A stretch of DNA of 64,000 nt from Yuukianura sp. NJ FZ-2021 (Eukaryota), in the NCBI GenBank assembly GCA_046563655.1, contig CM102283.1, forward strand, positions 8,742,001 through 8,806,000. Direction: 5' to 3'. This document shows, piece by piece, positions 13,571 to 26,900 of this stretch. Below the pieces are notes generated by a model that made no database searches, was not told the DNA's origin, and saw only the letters and a program-made list of their open reading frames with translations. Numbering within the stretch: the first letter of the stretch is position 1; every line of letters starts with the position of its first letter. Both the position numbers and the translations under genes were made by a program.

Positions 13571-15603
13571 TCACATACACTGTTTCCTCCTATTATGAAA
13601 CTTTTTTTGAAAACTTTTTTTTTGAAAAGGTTTTTCTTTAAAAATTACCTTAGGTTCAGGAACTTTTTCAGAAGTTTCAATTTCCGAAACCCGCTGATCC
13701 ACTGTTTCTTTGTCTCCGCTTTCGTCAGGTTGTCCAAATTCAGCACTTTCTGGACCAGACTGTACTTTTTTAATTCCATGGCTGGTGGGCATCATTCCTT
13801 CAAAAGATGACGATGACTGTACTTTTTTGCCAAAAGTTCCACCAGTGGGATCCAAATTTGTCAAATTCTGGAATCCCTGAAATCCTAATCCCTTGTAAAT
13901 TTTGGTTTTTGAATTTTTGGCATTGACAAAGTTTGAAACTGAAGATTCGCGCCCTGCGGCTGGAAGATTTAATCCTTTGTGGTCTGTTCCATCATGATCT
14001 GTTGTCATCATGGCCAAATTGAATTGCGGAAGACTAATTTCCTGTGGTTTGACTAACTTTGTTAGTTTGAGGTCATGTCTTTTGGCATGTGCAAGGTCAA
14101 ATGCTGTCTCTTGTATGATTGGATTAGAGTATTGACCAATCGTGTTGATTCGGCTGAGACGCCGATTAAGTTCGTCAGCAGTAGAAGTATTTTTGTTGAT
14201 CAAGTGACTTGGATAGAGTTGCTCAAACAGGTTACTCTCTGATCCTTGGCTGAAAGTCTTCGATTCACTGGAATCGACCAATCGCGTGTCAGATAACTTT
14301 TTGGCGCCAAAACTGGACATGGACATGTTTGAAGTGTTTGAATTTGCGAGGGCATTTTGCACTGTCATGGAAGCCAAGCTACGACGCAAGTGCAGAGCCT
14401 TCATTTCACAAAATTTGGCCATGAAACGGCGGGAATTGTCTGAGTAAGTTTTGCCATCAAGCGTTTCTAGTTAAAAAGTGTCACAGAACAAGGTTTTTTG
14501 AAAATTTTGTAAATTCGAAATTTTGAAAAGTTAGAAAAAGTACCAATGCTTTGACAATGTCCAATCACTTTTTCTTCGTACTTTGTTGACTTGGCTACAG
14601 GATTTCCTCTGAGGTCAACGACCTTTAGTTTTTGCAGCGTCATAAGCGTAAGCGCTGTTCGTTCCAGGTCATTAACAGCGTTGTGCTGAGCCTCCAGCGA
14701 TTCCAGATTTCCCATTCCAGCCAAATCGTCTAAGCTACTGATACCGTTTCCACTAATGTTCAAAACTTTGAGGCAAGTCTGTACAATTAAAACAAAAATT
14801 TTGAAAGATTTAGAAAATTTTAATTAAATTTTTTTTTACCGAGAGAGTGTCTAAAGTCGTGGGGTCAAAAATGAGTTGTTCTCCTTTTCGAAGTTTTTGT
14901 TGCTCAATGTGCAGTTCTTCCAAATTGTTCATCAGATGCAGGCCCTCTACCACCATAATTCCATTTTGACCTAAGTAGCTTCAAGGTCACAAAAAAAAGT
15001 TTCAAAATTCGAAATTTTGAAAATTAAAAATTTCGAAAAGTTTACAGTTTTCGAAGTTTTCGGCATGCAAGGAGTCCAGTGATTTTGTCTAAGCGATTCC
15101 GTTGCAAGTAGAGAGCTTCCAAATGTCTAGCATTTTCTAATCCAGTGATTTCTCGGATCCGATTGTCGTACAAGTACAGCACGGTCAAGTTCCGGAAGTG
15201 ATGGAAGCTTCCCTGTATAAAAACATATTAAAATGTATTAAATAATATAATAATTAACTATTATAATATATTTTATAACTTACCAGAGTGTCGATTCCCT
15301 TGTTCTGCAAGTGGAGATGCGTTACACGTGGAAATTGTTTGTCAACGTCCACTGGTTCCCGTTTGTCACAGTTGACACTTGAGATTCCTTGCATCAAAAT
15401 ACTCCGATTCAAACGCACTTCCTGTAAAAATCGATTTTTTGATTCAAAAAATCGAAAAATTTTGTGTCATTTTTTCGAACTTCTCTTTTTAAAGTCATCT
15501 TCGACTCAGTTTGTGACGCTTCTGGTTTTTTCTGTGGTTTGTCGCCATCACCACCAGCTTCATTGTCCGATCCTGACCCAGTTGCTGACCTTGACCTTGA
15601 CAT
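13571..15603 (-). CDS. PPP1R42: Protein phosphatase 1 regulatory subunit 42 (LRRC67/TLRR)
   Basis: Spliced product: VRLNRSIL..RVTHLHLQNKGIDTL, NLTVLYLYDNRI, LYLGQNGIMVVEGL, LHIEQQKLRKGEQLIFDPTTLDTLS, LNISGNGI, VDLRGNPV..LDGK, collinear with PPP1R42 as I know it. The 3' end is uncertain because a possible donor at ~13648 could add a short terminal exon. Confidence 0.88.
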
Positions 15604-15841
15604 TTCCAAGCAAGGTCACAGATTTTCAGAGGTCAAAGGTCACAGATTTTCAAATTCTCCTTTGAGAAAAAAGTAAGCAATGAATGAATTCGAAATGTAT
15701 TTCTAGAAGGAGAAAGTGTGTGACTTATTTTGGTTTTCAAAATTCAAATTCCAAGTGCTAACGAAAATCTTGAGAAAAACCGGAACGACTGTTTTATTGA
15801 TCAAACATTATTTTGTATTGGAAATCCGACAGAAAGCCTCC

Positions 15842-15855
15842 GTTGCCATGACAAC
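15842..15855. promoter_or_regulatory. RFX X-box
   Basis: GTTGCCATGACAAC, a near-canonical X-box ~240 bp upstream of the PPP1R42 ATG. Confidence 0.8.
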
Positions 15856-16214
15856 TCGAATTTTGTTCTCCCGCTTCGTAGCATCCTTTCATGAAAGTTT
15901 CTCTGTCATTGTCACGGGCGTTTGCCGCACTTCCTTCCGGTGGAAACGAACTTAACAAGAGCCCATAAAGAAACGAGGTCAATTTTACACTTGGCGGGAC
16001 TGACACAAACTTTAACAAGCACAAAGTTTAGCGTGGGAGTGTTTGAAATTGGTGTCCCACCGGTGGTGCTCGTGGTGGCTCTGTGTTTAAAACAAGGTGG
16101 GACCCATTTCAAGTGATTTTAGACTCTCGCGGGAAAAATACTACACACGCCACTTAATAGTTTGGTTCCTTTTAGAACAAAAAAACTTGTCATTGCTTCA
16201 TGTACTTACGGTTA

Positions 16215-16371
16215 CCGTAAAACTTCTAATAAGAGCCGGTACCAAAGTACAAGCCAGGTCACAAATAATAGTCGCGTCTACAGTACAATCCTGATTTCCA
16301 GTACACGCTTCGTTTAGAGAGGTAGAGGCTAAAATAAATAGGAACCCGGTATTCTATCAGGAGTTTTACGG
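16215..16371. mobile_element. Tc1/mariner (Tc2/pogo-like) MITE, second copy
   Basis: TA|CCGTAAAACTTCTAATAAGAGCCGGT ... CCGGTATTCTATCAGGAGTTTTACGG|TA. Confidence 0.8.
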
Positions 16372-17792
16372 TATTGCATAAAGTGAAAGTGGTCTCAGTA
16401 GAACCATTTAGTACGTCTATTAGCAAATGGGCTTCTATAGGTTCTGTATTAAAAGTTTGTTAATCATGCGTAAGTGCGTCTAGGAGCCATTCAAGGGCAT
16501 CACACGCGTGGAGAAAGTTGATCAAGATGGACGGAGGTTTTTAAATGCGTGGAATGCGTTTGAGAGCGGCCGCTTTTTTATGACCCAATTCAAAATTGCC
16601 ACCAAATTCCCTCAACGACAGTCCTCTGAATCTTGAATGCATAAAAGAAAACTCCCGCTTTTTTAGACGCTAGAAAATGGTCTGAAGGCGTATCACCACA
16701 TTCCCTCACTGTTGTAAATTTTCCAAACTGTCGGCTTCCCTCTGTCACCCACCAAATGATTTGTGCGTAAGAAGCAGGAATCCGGAAATTCCAAGGCCAA
16801 ATGAGCCACGACAAGCTTTTGCAAAAAACAGCCTAGGAAAAACAGTTTCGTTTTCGAAGAAATTTTTTGTGTTTTGGAAACAAAGAACCAGAATTTTAGT
16901 TTTCCATAAAAATTACGGTAATTACTTTCTCCTTGGTGGAATTAGTGTCATGTCAGTTTTAGAACAAAAGTTTTTTTTCAAAATTTTTGAAAACTTTATA
17001 CCGCAAGCGCAGCTGAGTGATTTGAAGGAATTATTGCCATATTGGAGGTTCTAAATTTTGAATTTTGCGTTTGAAGTTTTTTAGAATAGGTTTTGAACTT
17101 TTTCAAAATGATTTATTCAATGGAACGGAAGGAAAAGACACTTTTAAACGCCATAATGTCTACGTAATAGTTTAGAAAGTGTGTCTCAAATGTAGAACTT
17201 TGGCATGGAGGTCAAAGTTCAAAAAGCCCGCCAAAATCCTTATGCCCATCAATACAAATCATCGGCTTTCTCCTCCAAAAATCAATTTGGCTTCAGCAAA
17301 CTTTCCAAGCTCTTTTCTAAACACCGTCGTTTTGAAAAGAAAACTGAAATTGACAAGTCAGCTTAGAACTCTGTTTGAACAAAATGGAATTTTTCCATCA
17401 TGGTTTCCAAGAAACAATCTTAGAGGATTGAAGAAACTTGAAAATGGAGTTCAGAGTAAGAGGTTTTGAAAATGTTGGTTGATGCGAATTTGATGTTCTT
17501 GTGACGAAAAGCGAGTGAGTGGCACTTGAATTCAAATTTGCAAAGTACATTTAAATGTTAGTGCAAGATCAAGTCTGTGTATCTTTTCGCTTAACTTTCT
17601 CCAATCCCACAAGGAATTCAAAGTCCACTTTCACTTTTTTCTGCTTCCACGCGCCAAGTTAATTTTTTTCACTTTCCCGTCTTTTTTGTATCTTCGTGAA
17701 GTGGAAAAACAGAAAATGGAATCCAGGAAATTCCCAGCGGATAATGAGAAACAAAGTGAAAGTGGTTTCACTTACTAGCCCAAAGTCAGAGT

Positions 17793-18058
17793 TAAGGTTT
17801 GTTGACTTGTGATTTTCTTTAACAGGTTGGATAATACCTCATTTTTTCTTGATTTTGCAAGAAAAAGTATATTTTCATGTCGGTGCATCGAAGTCATAAC
17901 AATACAGCCAACTTTTTAAATTTTTCATACGAATTGCTACCAATTTTTCGGATTGGTACTAAATTAATACTAATTTTTTTTTTTTGCTTTTTTGTCGACA
18001 AGCGAGGTAGTACCCAACCTGTTAAAGAAAATTAACTTTTCATTGTCAAGGCACCTTG
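17793..18058. mobile_element. MITE, same family as 12846-13089
   Basis: Alignable over its whole length, including both TIRs; no TSD recognisable. Confidence 0.7.
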
Positions 18059-18812
18059 ACTTTCATTGTCTTTTTATGATTCTAAAATTCAGCAACTTTA
18101 TTTTGAGGGAGAAAGCTTACTTTTTGAATTTGAGAAAGTTGTGATGTAGCGAAAACAATCAGTGTAACTGTTGCAGTAACAGTAAAAAGCTCGATAAGTT
18201 TTGGCAGTAATTTTGAAATCCAATTGGTCGTGTAAGGGCTGAAGTGGGAATTGAACCATGGTGCCATTGGTCCATTTAACATTAGCCTTTCTCTTCTGAC
18301 CTCGTGCTTAGGCTGCGTTACCTAGCTTGATTCGTTGACAGAATGGAAGTGTTGTGGTCCATGAGGTCAATTTGTCACTGTCTTCTTCTTCTCATGTCCA
18401 ACTGATTTCTACTGCTGTCAGTCCACTCTGGAAATCAATGAGCCCTTAAGGGACCCATTTCCTACCAAAACCAACTGGGTCAGTACTAGAGTAAGCATCA
18501 CAGTAGCCTTCTGGAAGCTACTCGATTCTTGGCTTCTACTTTGCTTACCTTAACAAGCTCAAATGTTAAGCTAGGCCACCCGATGTGCTGGCAGCATATG
18601 CTGCAAGGTGCCCAGTGGTGCGGAAGAACGAAATGAGCCACACCATGGAGAATGGCGACCTGCCACAAGGAAATCAATAGGATCCAGCCACTTAGATTCT
18701 TTTGCCACAGCCTTCCCATGTCACTGTCAAGAAGTGTCAGAGGATTTGAAAGGGCTCAGTGGGCCCTTACCATTAGAGGAATTGAGAAGAAGCCTTAGCT
18801 TATGGTGAATGC

Positions 18813-18923
18813 AACCTAACGTGATAACGTAACGTAAAAGTTAGGCTAACTTCATGCAAAAGTTAGGCTAACGTAATATAAAAGTTAGGCTAACCTAATG
18901 TAAAAGTTAGACTAGCCTAACGT
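18813..18923. repeat. Degenerate AACCT/AGTTAGGCTAAC tandem repeats
   Basis: AAAAGTTAGGCTAAC recurs about every 22 bp. Confidence 0.65.
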
Positions 18924-21900
18924 AAGTGAAGCCTCGCACCTTCCATTTCTCCCAGGTTCCAGGTTGGCATATTTCTAACAAAAAGCTGAATTGACGTAAA
19001 CACATTTTCAAATTTTGGCGGGAAAAAGAACCCACCTTTGATAGAATCGATTTCTCAAAACAATGTCTCAATCCAAGCAACCGCTAAACTGAAGAAATGT
19101 TCAAGGTCAATGGACTTCAATTTTTAAAAACGATTTTTCATCAAAGTAAACATTACGGCGACAAATTTTAGAATTTTTCAAAAGTAAAAGATTAGGAACG
19201 CTCAAGATCAACTCAAGATAACTAAAAATTTCAGAACGCGGAGAAGCATAATTTTCTATTTGTTTTTGTTTGGCGCAAGTGGTTTTGCTAGTTGTGTTTG
19301 ATCATAAAACTTCACCAGTATGAAACTGACGCTATGTTAGTTTTTTTGAATTCTAAAAAATTTTAGATTTAGTTTTCTCAACAAAATTCTAAGAATCAAT
19401 TCACATAAGTTTATTTTTAAAGCAAGGTCATCGTCATCTTCCGTTTTTGAAAAAATTGACGAGATTCAAAAAAAGTTGGAGCGTGTGTTTGAATTATGAT
19501 TTTCAATTTTGGGTGAGTGATTTTATAAGCCTATACCGTACTTGAGAATGAAAAAAAGAGAGACAATTTCCATAATTTATTCACAAGATCAAAAGAAAGC
19601 AGCGGAAGAATATTTCAATAACGCTTAAAAATTCACAGTAATCCTTTTCCTCAGAAAATCGGGTTGATATTTTTTCAAAAAATGAGATTCAAGGAGACCA
19701 AACACTTCAATAATATGAACTGATCTTTGAATTTTCTCAAGTAGAGAGAAGATTTTAGTTCTACTTGAGAAGATGCAAAAATCAGGTAAGATCCGTTGAG
19801 ATTTATCTGTTCAGTGACCCTTGAACTATCTTTCAACTTTCAAAATTTCAAGTAAAATGACAAAAAACCGTAATGAAATGAGATTTTTTGAAGAAGTATA
19901 TTGAAAGTGAAACGGGGACAATTTTCTTTGAAGTGTCACAATTCGTAATATCATGAAATTTGACAGGTCAAATGAAAACCGCAGAGAGGTAGTGCAGGGA
20001 GCACCCTTAAGGAGCACACAAACTCTTTTGAGAAGAAAAATATCATAGTGAAAGTGCAAGAAATTCGGAATCAAATCAATCACAAGCGGTCCAAAGTGCA
20101 GACTTTTTAGGTTGAAAAGAGAAAGTAACTTTCACTTTCGTTTTTAGAAGTTTTCACCAAAAAAAATGTTTTAACACTTTTACTTGGTTTTCAATTTCGG
20201 AAGTTCCCACAGTTTCCGTTTAAAACTGCCATAGAGTTGGTGGTGCCAAAAAAAAGAAAGTGCGTTGGCGCTGCAGGGTGCTTTTCTCTTTACTTTCACT
20301 TTTTCTTTCAAAACAAATCGAAACCGCCAAGAAGATTCTCGCTTTTTTCAATTTCGAGTCTCTGGTTTGAATTTCTCTTTAGTGTGGTGTTCTTTGTGCT
20401 CTTCTTATTTACTTTTTTTCATTTCTTTTGTTTTGGTTTTCTCGCTCCGCTTTCACTTTTTCGAAAAGTGTTTAACAAAAGGTGTTACATGCTTTTATTT
20501 ACTAAAGAAAAAACTGTGGGAAAAAATTTTTGAAAAGAAAGAAAATTGGTTTTCTATTTACGAGTTTTAATTAACAAACCTACGCTTGCAGAAATAATTT
20601 GAAATGAAATTGTAAAACTCGTTTCGGAATTTGCAAAACTTTGTGAGAAGAAAATACTTTCTCTTCTTCTTTTTTGAACAAAGTTTGAATGTAAATGAAA
20701 AGTAAATCGAATTTCGTGCGTAGATTTTGAAATATTTTTTGGATTCATGTCAATGGACTTTGGCACTTGTCCACTACCATATCTCATACGATATATTGCA
20801 AAAAAAAAAGAAAAGAAAAAACTTTATGTGTGAAGACTTTTTTTTGGCGGCAATGTTGCATGTGTATGGCATGGCTAAACCATTTTTTATTAACGTTTTT
20901 TTGGAAAGACAAAATCGGTTTTGGCAGACACCGGATTCTTTGTTTCCGAAAATCTTGTTAAGTATTTTCATGACAAATCGGAGAAATCTTTAGAAGGAAT
21001 TTGACCTACATTTTCATTTTTGTGTTTGACGGGATTCAGGAATGTTGGAGCCAATTTATCAAAATTTCGAAATCAGACGGTTTCTGTTTAACATCTAAGA
21101 ATCAAATGACCTGTACATTTTTGGCTTTTGTTCCTGCCAAAAATTTTGTAGCCACAAAACTGTTATGTTGGGTATCACTTTAGCATGAAAGTTTAGAACC
21201 AAACAGTTGATGAGGGTCATGACAATGTCGTCGTTTTGATGTGAGTGACAATGGCGCCAATTCTGTTTTGCTGAAAATACGTTACAGCCACTGAGCATTT
21301 TCAAATTCCTGTCTTTATGGTTCGTAACTGTTACTTTTATAGGTGAAAGTAACCTTTCACCTTGTCCTACCTCACTCGACCATAAGCAGTCATGCACCAT
21401 AACATAACTTTACCAAAGTACAACATTGTTCTAAACAAGCCCATTTTGAAAAACTTGGTGCATCGTGACCACTGACTTTGTTGAGAATGAATGGACTTCT
21501 TTCGCGGTTTTCTGCACTTTCACTTTTAGCTTTTCAATTTTCCAGACGATTAGACTGGAGCACTCAGCCAGTCGTTTAAGAATCTCCAAATGACCTTGAA
21601 TTTTATATGCAACTGAAAGGTAAAAAGTGAAACTACTTGGTCATAACGGTATTTTATATGACGTCATAACGATATGTGAATCACTACAATGTTAGATAAC
21701 GGTAACTGCTTAATGTCTAAGAGTATTCCCAGGGTTAAGACCATTTGTTTAAAAAAATTGTCCGAAATCATTCAACGCGAAGTTCTGCATTTCAAAAAGT
21801 GAAACCATTTTTTTAGATTTCCGAAAAAGCGTAGAAACGTTATGTAGAATTAAATTACTGCTATTTTGGTGATTTTTTTTAAAGGGAAAGCTGAGATGTT

Positions 21901-23904
21901 TAAAATTCAAATAAGCAAAGTTGGTCTAAGTTTTTTCAAGCGAGTGAAGGTGATGTAAAAGTTCAAAAAAAGTTAGCCTGTGTGTGTTTACTTAAAAATT
22001 TAAATATGAAAAAATGACTTTCACTTTCTGCAAAAAGTTTTTCTACTTAAAATATTACTAGCGATTTGAGGTTGACGCGTCGTTGCGTTTTTGCGGTAAA
22101 AATCTGGTTTTTAAATTTTAAAAAATTTATAACTTTCTCTACTTTCACTTCCTTGTTTTTACTCACATCAGCACTTTTTCCTTTCATGGCATAGACAAAA
22201 TGCACAGTTTAAAACAAAGCCGTATTCCCATTTCCGATTCCCACCGCTGCGTTTTCTGCACCAAAAAGCTTGTTACGCCAAATAAAAAATTCAGACAGAA
22301 TTTTTTTCTACTTTCTCTTTCCAAACGAATTTTCTCTCTTTTTCCAAATTCGAAGAATTTCATGCAAGAGAAGAGAAAAAAGCGAAGCCAAAGCGACAAA
22401 TGAGCGGAACGGAAAGAAATTGAGGTTACGGAGATTTCAATTTTTTTTGTTCTTCGAATTGTACAAAATGCAAGAAAGTTTGAAAAAAAGTAAAGACCGT
22501 AAACAAGTTAAGGCGGGATTGTTTGAAAAAGCGGGCATTTTGTGATATTTTTGGTACCAAAACGTAAATCCCACACAAATCCTATTGTAGTATGAAAAGC
22601 TCCTACTTTCTTCATCCTTCCAAACACAATGTTAGTTGCTCCCTTTGAGATTTTTAGATTCCTTGGGAGAATCCAATAGTTTTTTTTTCTTCTATTGTAG
22701 AAAAAGCGTCGCCTTTCTCTTTTTAGTGACAATTGGACTTAAGGGCCTAGAGACTAAAGTGAAAGTCCTTCGCTGACGAAAATGAAAGTAATAAACATGA
22801 AGAGAAAATTAAACGAAGCCTTTCTCCTAGGTCTCTGCCCTCGTAAAACCAAACCTCTTTTTTCTGTTTTGCTCCACTTCGACATAGTTTCAGACCAAAA
22901 TTTCTTTAAAAGTATCACTTTCTCCCGCTTCCGTCTTAACATTTTCCACAATTTCTTTATTTAATTCACACTTTTGATTTAGTTTTAAGGACTTAATGGC
23001 GTGCGATAAACAATTTTCTTAAAAGTAGGAAAAATGGACAATAAAATAAATTAAGTTGTAACCTAAAACGGCTTTTTACAAAAAAAAAGATTGTTTTAAA
23101 GAGGAGCGAAAGAAATGGATTTGAGACTTTCATTTAAAAGTTTTTAAAAAAAAATTAATAAACGTGTGCATAAACATCAAAAAACGCTGGGCCGATTTTC
23201 TAATACTTTAAGCTCACAGGCTCGAATACTACTTTTTTCAAAACTCTCAAAATCTATTAACGATAGACTACGTTTCTTCTAAAATTTTATACACCGTTTT
23301 TAATAACTTATGAACATCAAAGGAACTTTTTGCTAGAAACCGAAAATTACTATACGGAACGCTTTAAACTTTGCTCCAACAAAAATAAAATTTAAAACTT
23401 TTTTCACTTTCTCTCTTTACCTTTTGAATTTTTAGAAAGCAAGACCCTGGAGAATCCATTTTTTCTAAATTTTTTTTTTTCATTTTTTTTTCTTTTTGGC
23501 ACAATCTATTTTAATTTTTGACGGTTGTGTGTTTCGTAACGGTAGGACTTAAGTGGCCGGTTGAGTGCAAGTGGCAAACTCCATGATGTTTGCCAACCTT
23601 GAAGTGAAAGTTTCCGCTCTTTTTGGATTTTGGATTAAGGTAGTGCCAAAACGTGACTAGAAATCGGTTGAGCTCATTTTTGCGGTTTTTCAGAAGAATT
23701 TCAGATTTTGATGGAGTTACGGAATCCATTTTGATCTAAGCTGCTACCGTGGTGGTCGTAATCACTTTCCAATTGACTCTGGAGCAGCGCATACTTCGAC
23801 TGGATTTCTGGACAAGATGCTGGATCAATATTTTTACCACCGGATGCCTCTAACTAGATTTCTGGACAGGATGCTGGATGCTGGATCAATATCTTACTTG
23901 GAAG

Positions 23905-26900
23905 TTAGCAGTTGGGTGAAGGGGGGCCAGGGGGACTGGAGTTCTTAGTGTTTGGAAATGTTTTTCCATTGTTGTTCACAAATTGGCCAGGAGGAGGTGT
24001 GTGATGATGGTGACGGATGAAGTGGTTGCGATGGGACCCTTGAAGGGCCACTGTCCCTGACACGGTTCTGCTCGCCCTGTAGTTGCTTAGTCTCCGATTC
24101 TGTTTGTCCAGGGACAAGTCAACAAGGACAGTCCCCCCTCCGTTGGCACTCGTCAGACAACTGTGGTTGTTTCCAACGGAGGCTAAACTGACTTCTTCAA
24201 ATTCGGCTCCTGAAATAACAATTATGTCATTGGTTAGCCAGGTTAGGTTGAGGTAACATTTGGCACGGGTCATTGACTCAAAAAAATTTGGTATTTCAAA
24301 GTGAACTGAGAGCTTTGTCATTTACTGGTTTTGGGAAATGTTTGGTAACGTGTAATTTCAAAATTGGAAAAAAATAGGTTATGTCAAGAAACTAAGAAGG
24401 AAAGGTTAACTTTGCGCAAATTGTTTTCGGAAAAATTGAAAATTATTCTACGAATTCAGGATATCCCTATTTTGCTGTAAAGAAATTCCACTCAAATCAA
24501 AACCTCATTTCGGTTTCCGAACACGCGCTAAATTTACTTTTTTTGAATTCGGCCCCTGGAATAACTATAATGTCATAGGCTATGGGCTTGTCTGAGGTGA
24601 CATAGGGCAGGGGTCATTGAGCTCAAAAAACAATTTCAAACAATTTTCCATTTACTTGGTTTGAATTACTGGGTACATCTAATTCCAAAATTGAAAAAAA
24701 AGACTGATTTTGCCAAGAACCTAACAAGGAAAAGTTAACTTTTCGAATCGTTTTTCGGAAAAGTAAATTCTACTATTGAAAGTTATTCTACGAATTCAGG
24801 ATTTCCGGATTTCGTTGTATAAACTCCGCTCAAATCAAAATCTCATTTTGGTTTGGCGCTAAAAACTGAAATTTCTCAACTAAAACCATCTCACCATGTT
24901 GACTTCTGAGGAAGTTGGACTTCCTGTAGAAGCTGCTTCGCATGGATTCTGTTCTTGGACCAATACGACACCAGATGAAGTCGCGACACATGCGACATAA
25001 AAGTCGTCGAAACCGCTCTCCGCATGTGCAGTAGATGACGAAGTTAACAGACGAATTGAAGACAACTAAGAAGTTGGAACACTGAATCAGCTGATCCACC
25101 TCCATGTTGTAGAAACTCTCCAGAATGTTGTTCACGAGTGGCAGAATGTTGCACACCAAGAAAACGGCAACGACGCAGAGCAACATTGTTGCCAAACCCA
25201 TTTCGCGACGTTGCAATTTAGACAAAACTTGTCTCTCTCTGTTTGCTTTCCGAACCTGAAAATTTACATTCAAAATTTCGAAATTAGGACAGATATGATC
25301 CTTGAGGTGATCAATCAATTTAGAACATCATTAGCAAAGTTTCTAAAGCCGACTTAAACTGTAATCCCCTTTTGTATAGTAAATAGCACCGTAATTAATT
25401 TAGTTTAGGTTGACATTCGATTTTTGTTCTAAAAAAAACATGTCTGACCCACTTTTCAAATTTAATTAGAAAGCGTGTCGTTGTTTAAAAAACAAATCTG
25501 GGAGGTAAATTGCAAAACAGAAGTAGAAATTTTTCAGACAGAAATGGATGGAGTTTCACTAGAAGTGACACTAAGGACTTCCAGCTTCCGAATCGTTTAT
25601 ATTTTTGAAAAAGTGAGCGCACTCTTAAGCGTCGTTTTGAATTTGAATAAACTTGATTTAAGCTCCTCGTTGTTTCACTTTTCCGCTTGTTCTTCCTCCT
25701 GTTAATCATGTTTAAGACTCGTCCTGTCACTTTGGAATGGCAAAAGAAGAAAATAGTAACCTAGAAACCTAACTTTTTAGAAAAGCAGCACTGAATCACC
25801 CTAACCTAGTCCACTTGTTTTGTTTTTCAAGCGTAGGCGAGCCAAAATATGAGTCAGCGTCATATTTCACACTTAATGGTAAAAAGACATTATGGGCCTT
25901 AAATTATGACACGCCGAGGCACAACAAAAGGCATGTTGAGCCGTCCATGGTCCCTTGGCCAAGGGCCACGTCCTTCGAACGAAGCGAAAGCGAAAACGGC
26001 GCTAAATTTTGAGCGAAAGAAACTCTAATGGTGCTCACATCCCCTATTGGGCTGATACAAAGCAGAAATTGCAAATTCTTTCTCAAACTTTTTCTCTGAA
26101 AAAAAATTTTTTACCCTAAATCCCGGCTTATAGCTCGCACACTCGTCTATACCCCGCAGTTAGAAAGTTTAAGTAGTTTTAATAATTTCCAGACATAAGA
26201 AAAATATTTTCTCTCCACGTCCCCAATGTTAAAAACAAATTTTAGGCTTTTTTTTATATTAAATATTTATTTATTTTCTCATACCCTTAATATGAAGTAA
26301 GTAAATATTTCAAGGTTTCTGGAAAAAAGATGTTGCATGTTTAAATATTTTGCCTCTTTTAAAAAAATATTTTTCTCATGTTTGATAATTTCTAAAACCA
26401 ACAGTTGTAACGGGTAGCGTTCCTTAACATCACGATTGTTATGAGCCAGGATTTAGGGTACTTGCTAATAGCCAGGATTTAGGGTAATTTTATTTAAAAA
26501 GTAAAAATGTACTCACATGGTGTCCATGCTTACCATGCTCCCACTAACCTGTCGATAGATGGCCCAGTTGAGGACGACCAATCCACTGAACGGGACCAAG
26601 TACATGACAATGAAGTATGTCCAGTTGACATAGATGTTGATATAAGTTGGATTTTCGCGTAGTGGACACATGTAGTTTTCAAAGACGGTTGCATTGAGGT
26701 ACAAGTGGAATCCTTTCGTACAGGTACAAACTTCAAACCATCTCGATATGTTGTACAGAATTGCTCCAGCAAAAACCGTCCCCACGCCATATCTCGCTCT
26801 ACGCCAAGTACACACGGAGCGGGCTCGGAGTGGATGGCAAACGGCGACGTAGCGCTCTATAGTCACGGCCAAAGTTATGTAAACGCTGCAAGTTTGGGCT

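Noticed and set aside
18200-18810. GC-richer, coding-like patch next to AACCT repeats (similar patches near 35000-35600 and 37100-37460)
   Set aside because: Stops in the frames I examined and no recognisable domain; possibly decayed transposons, but unsupported.
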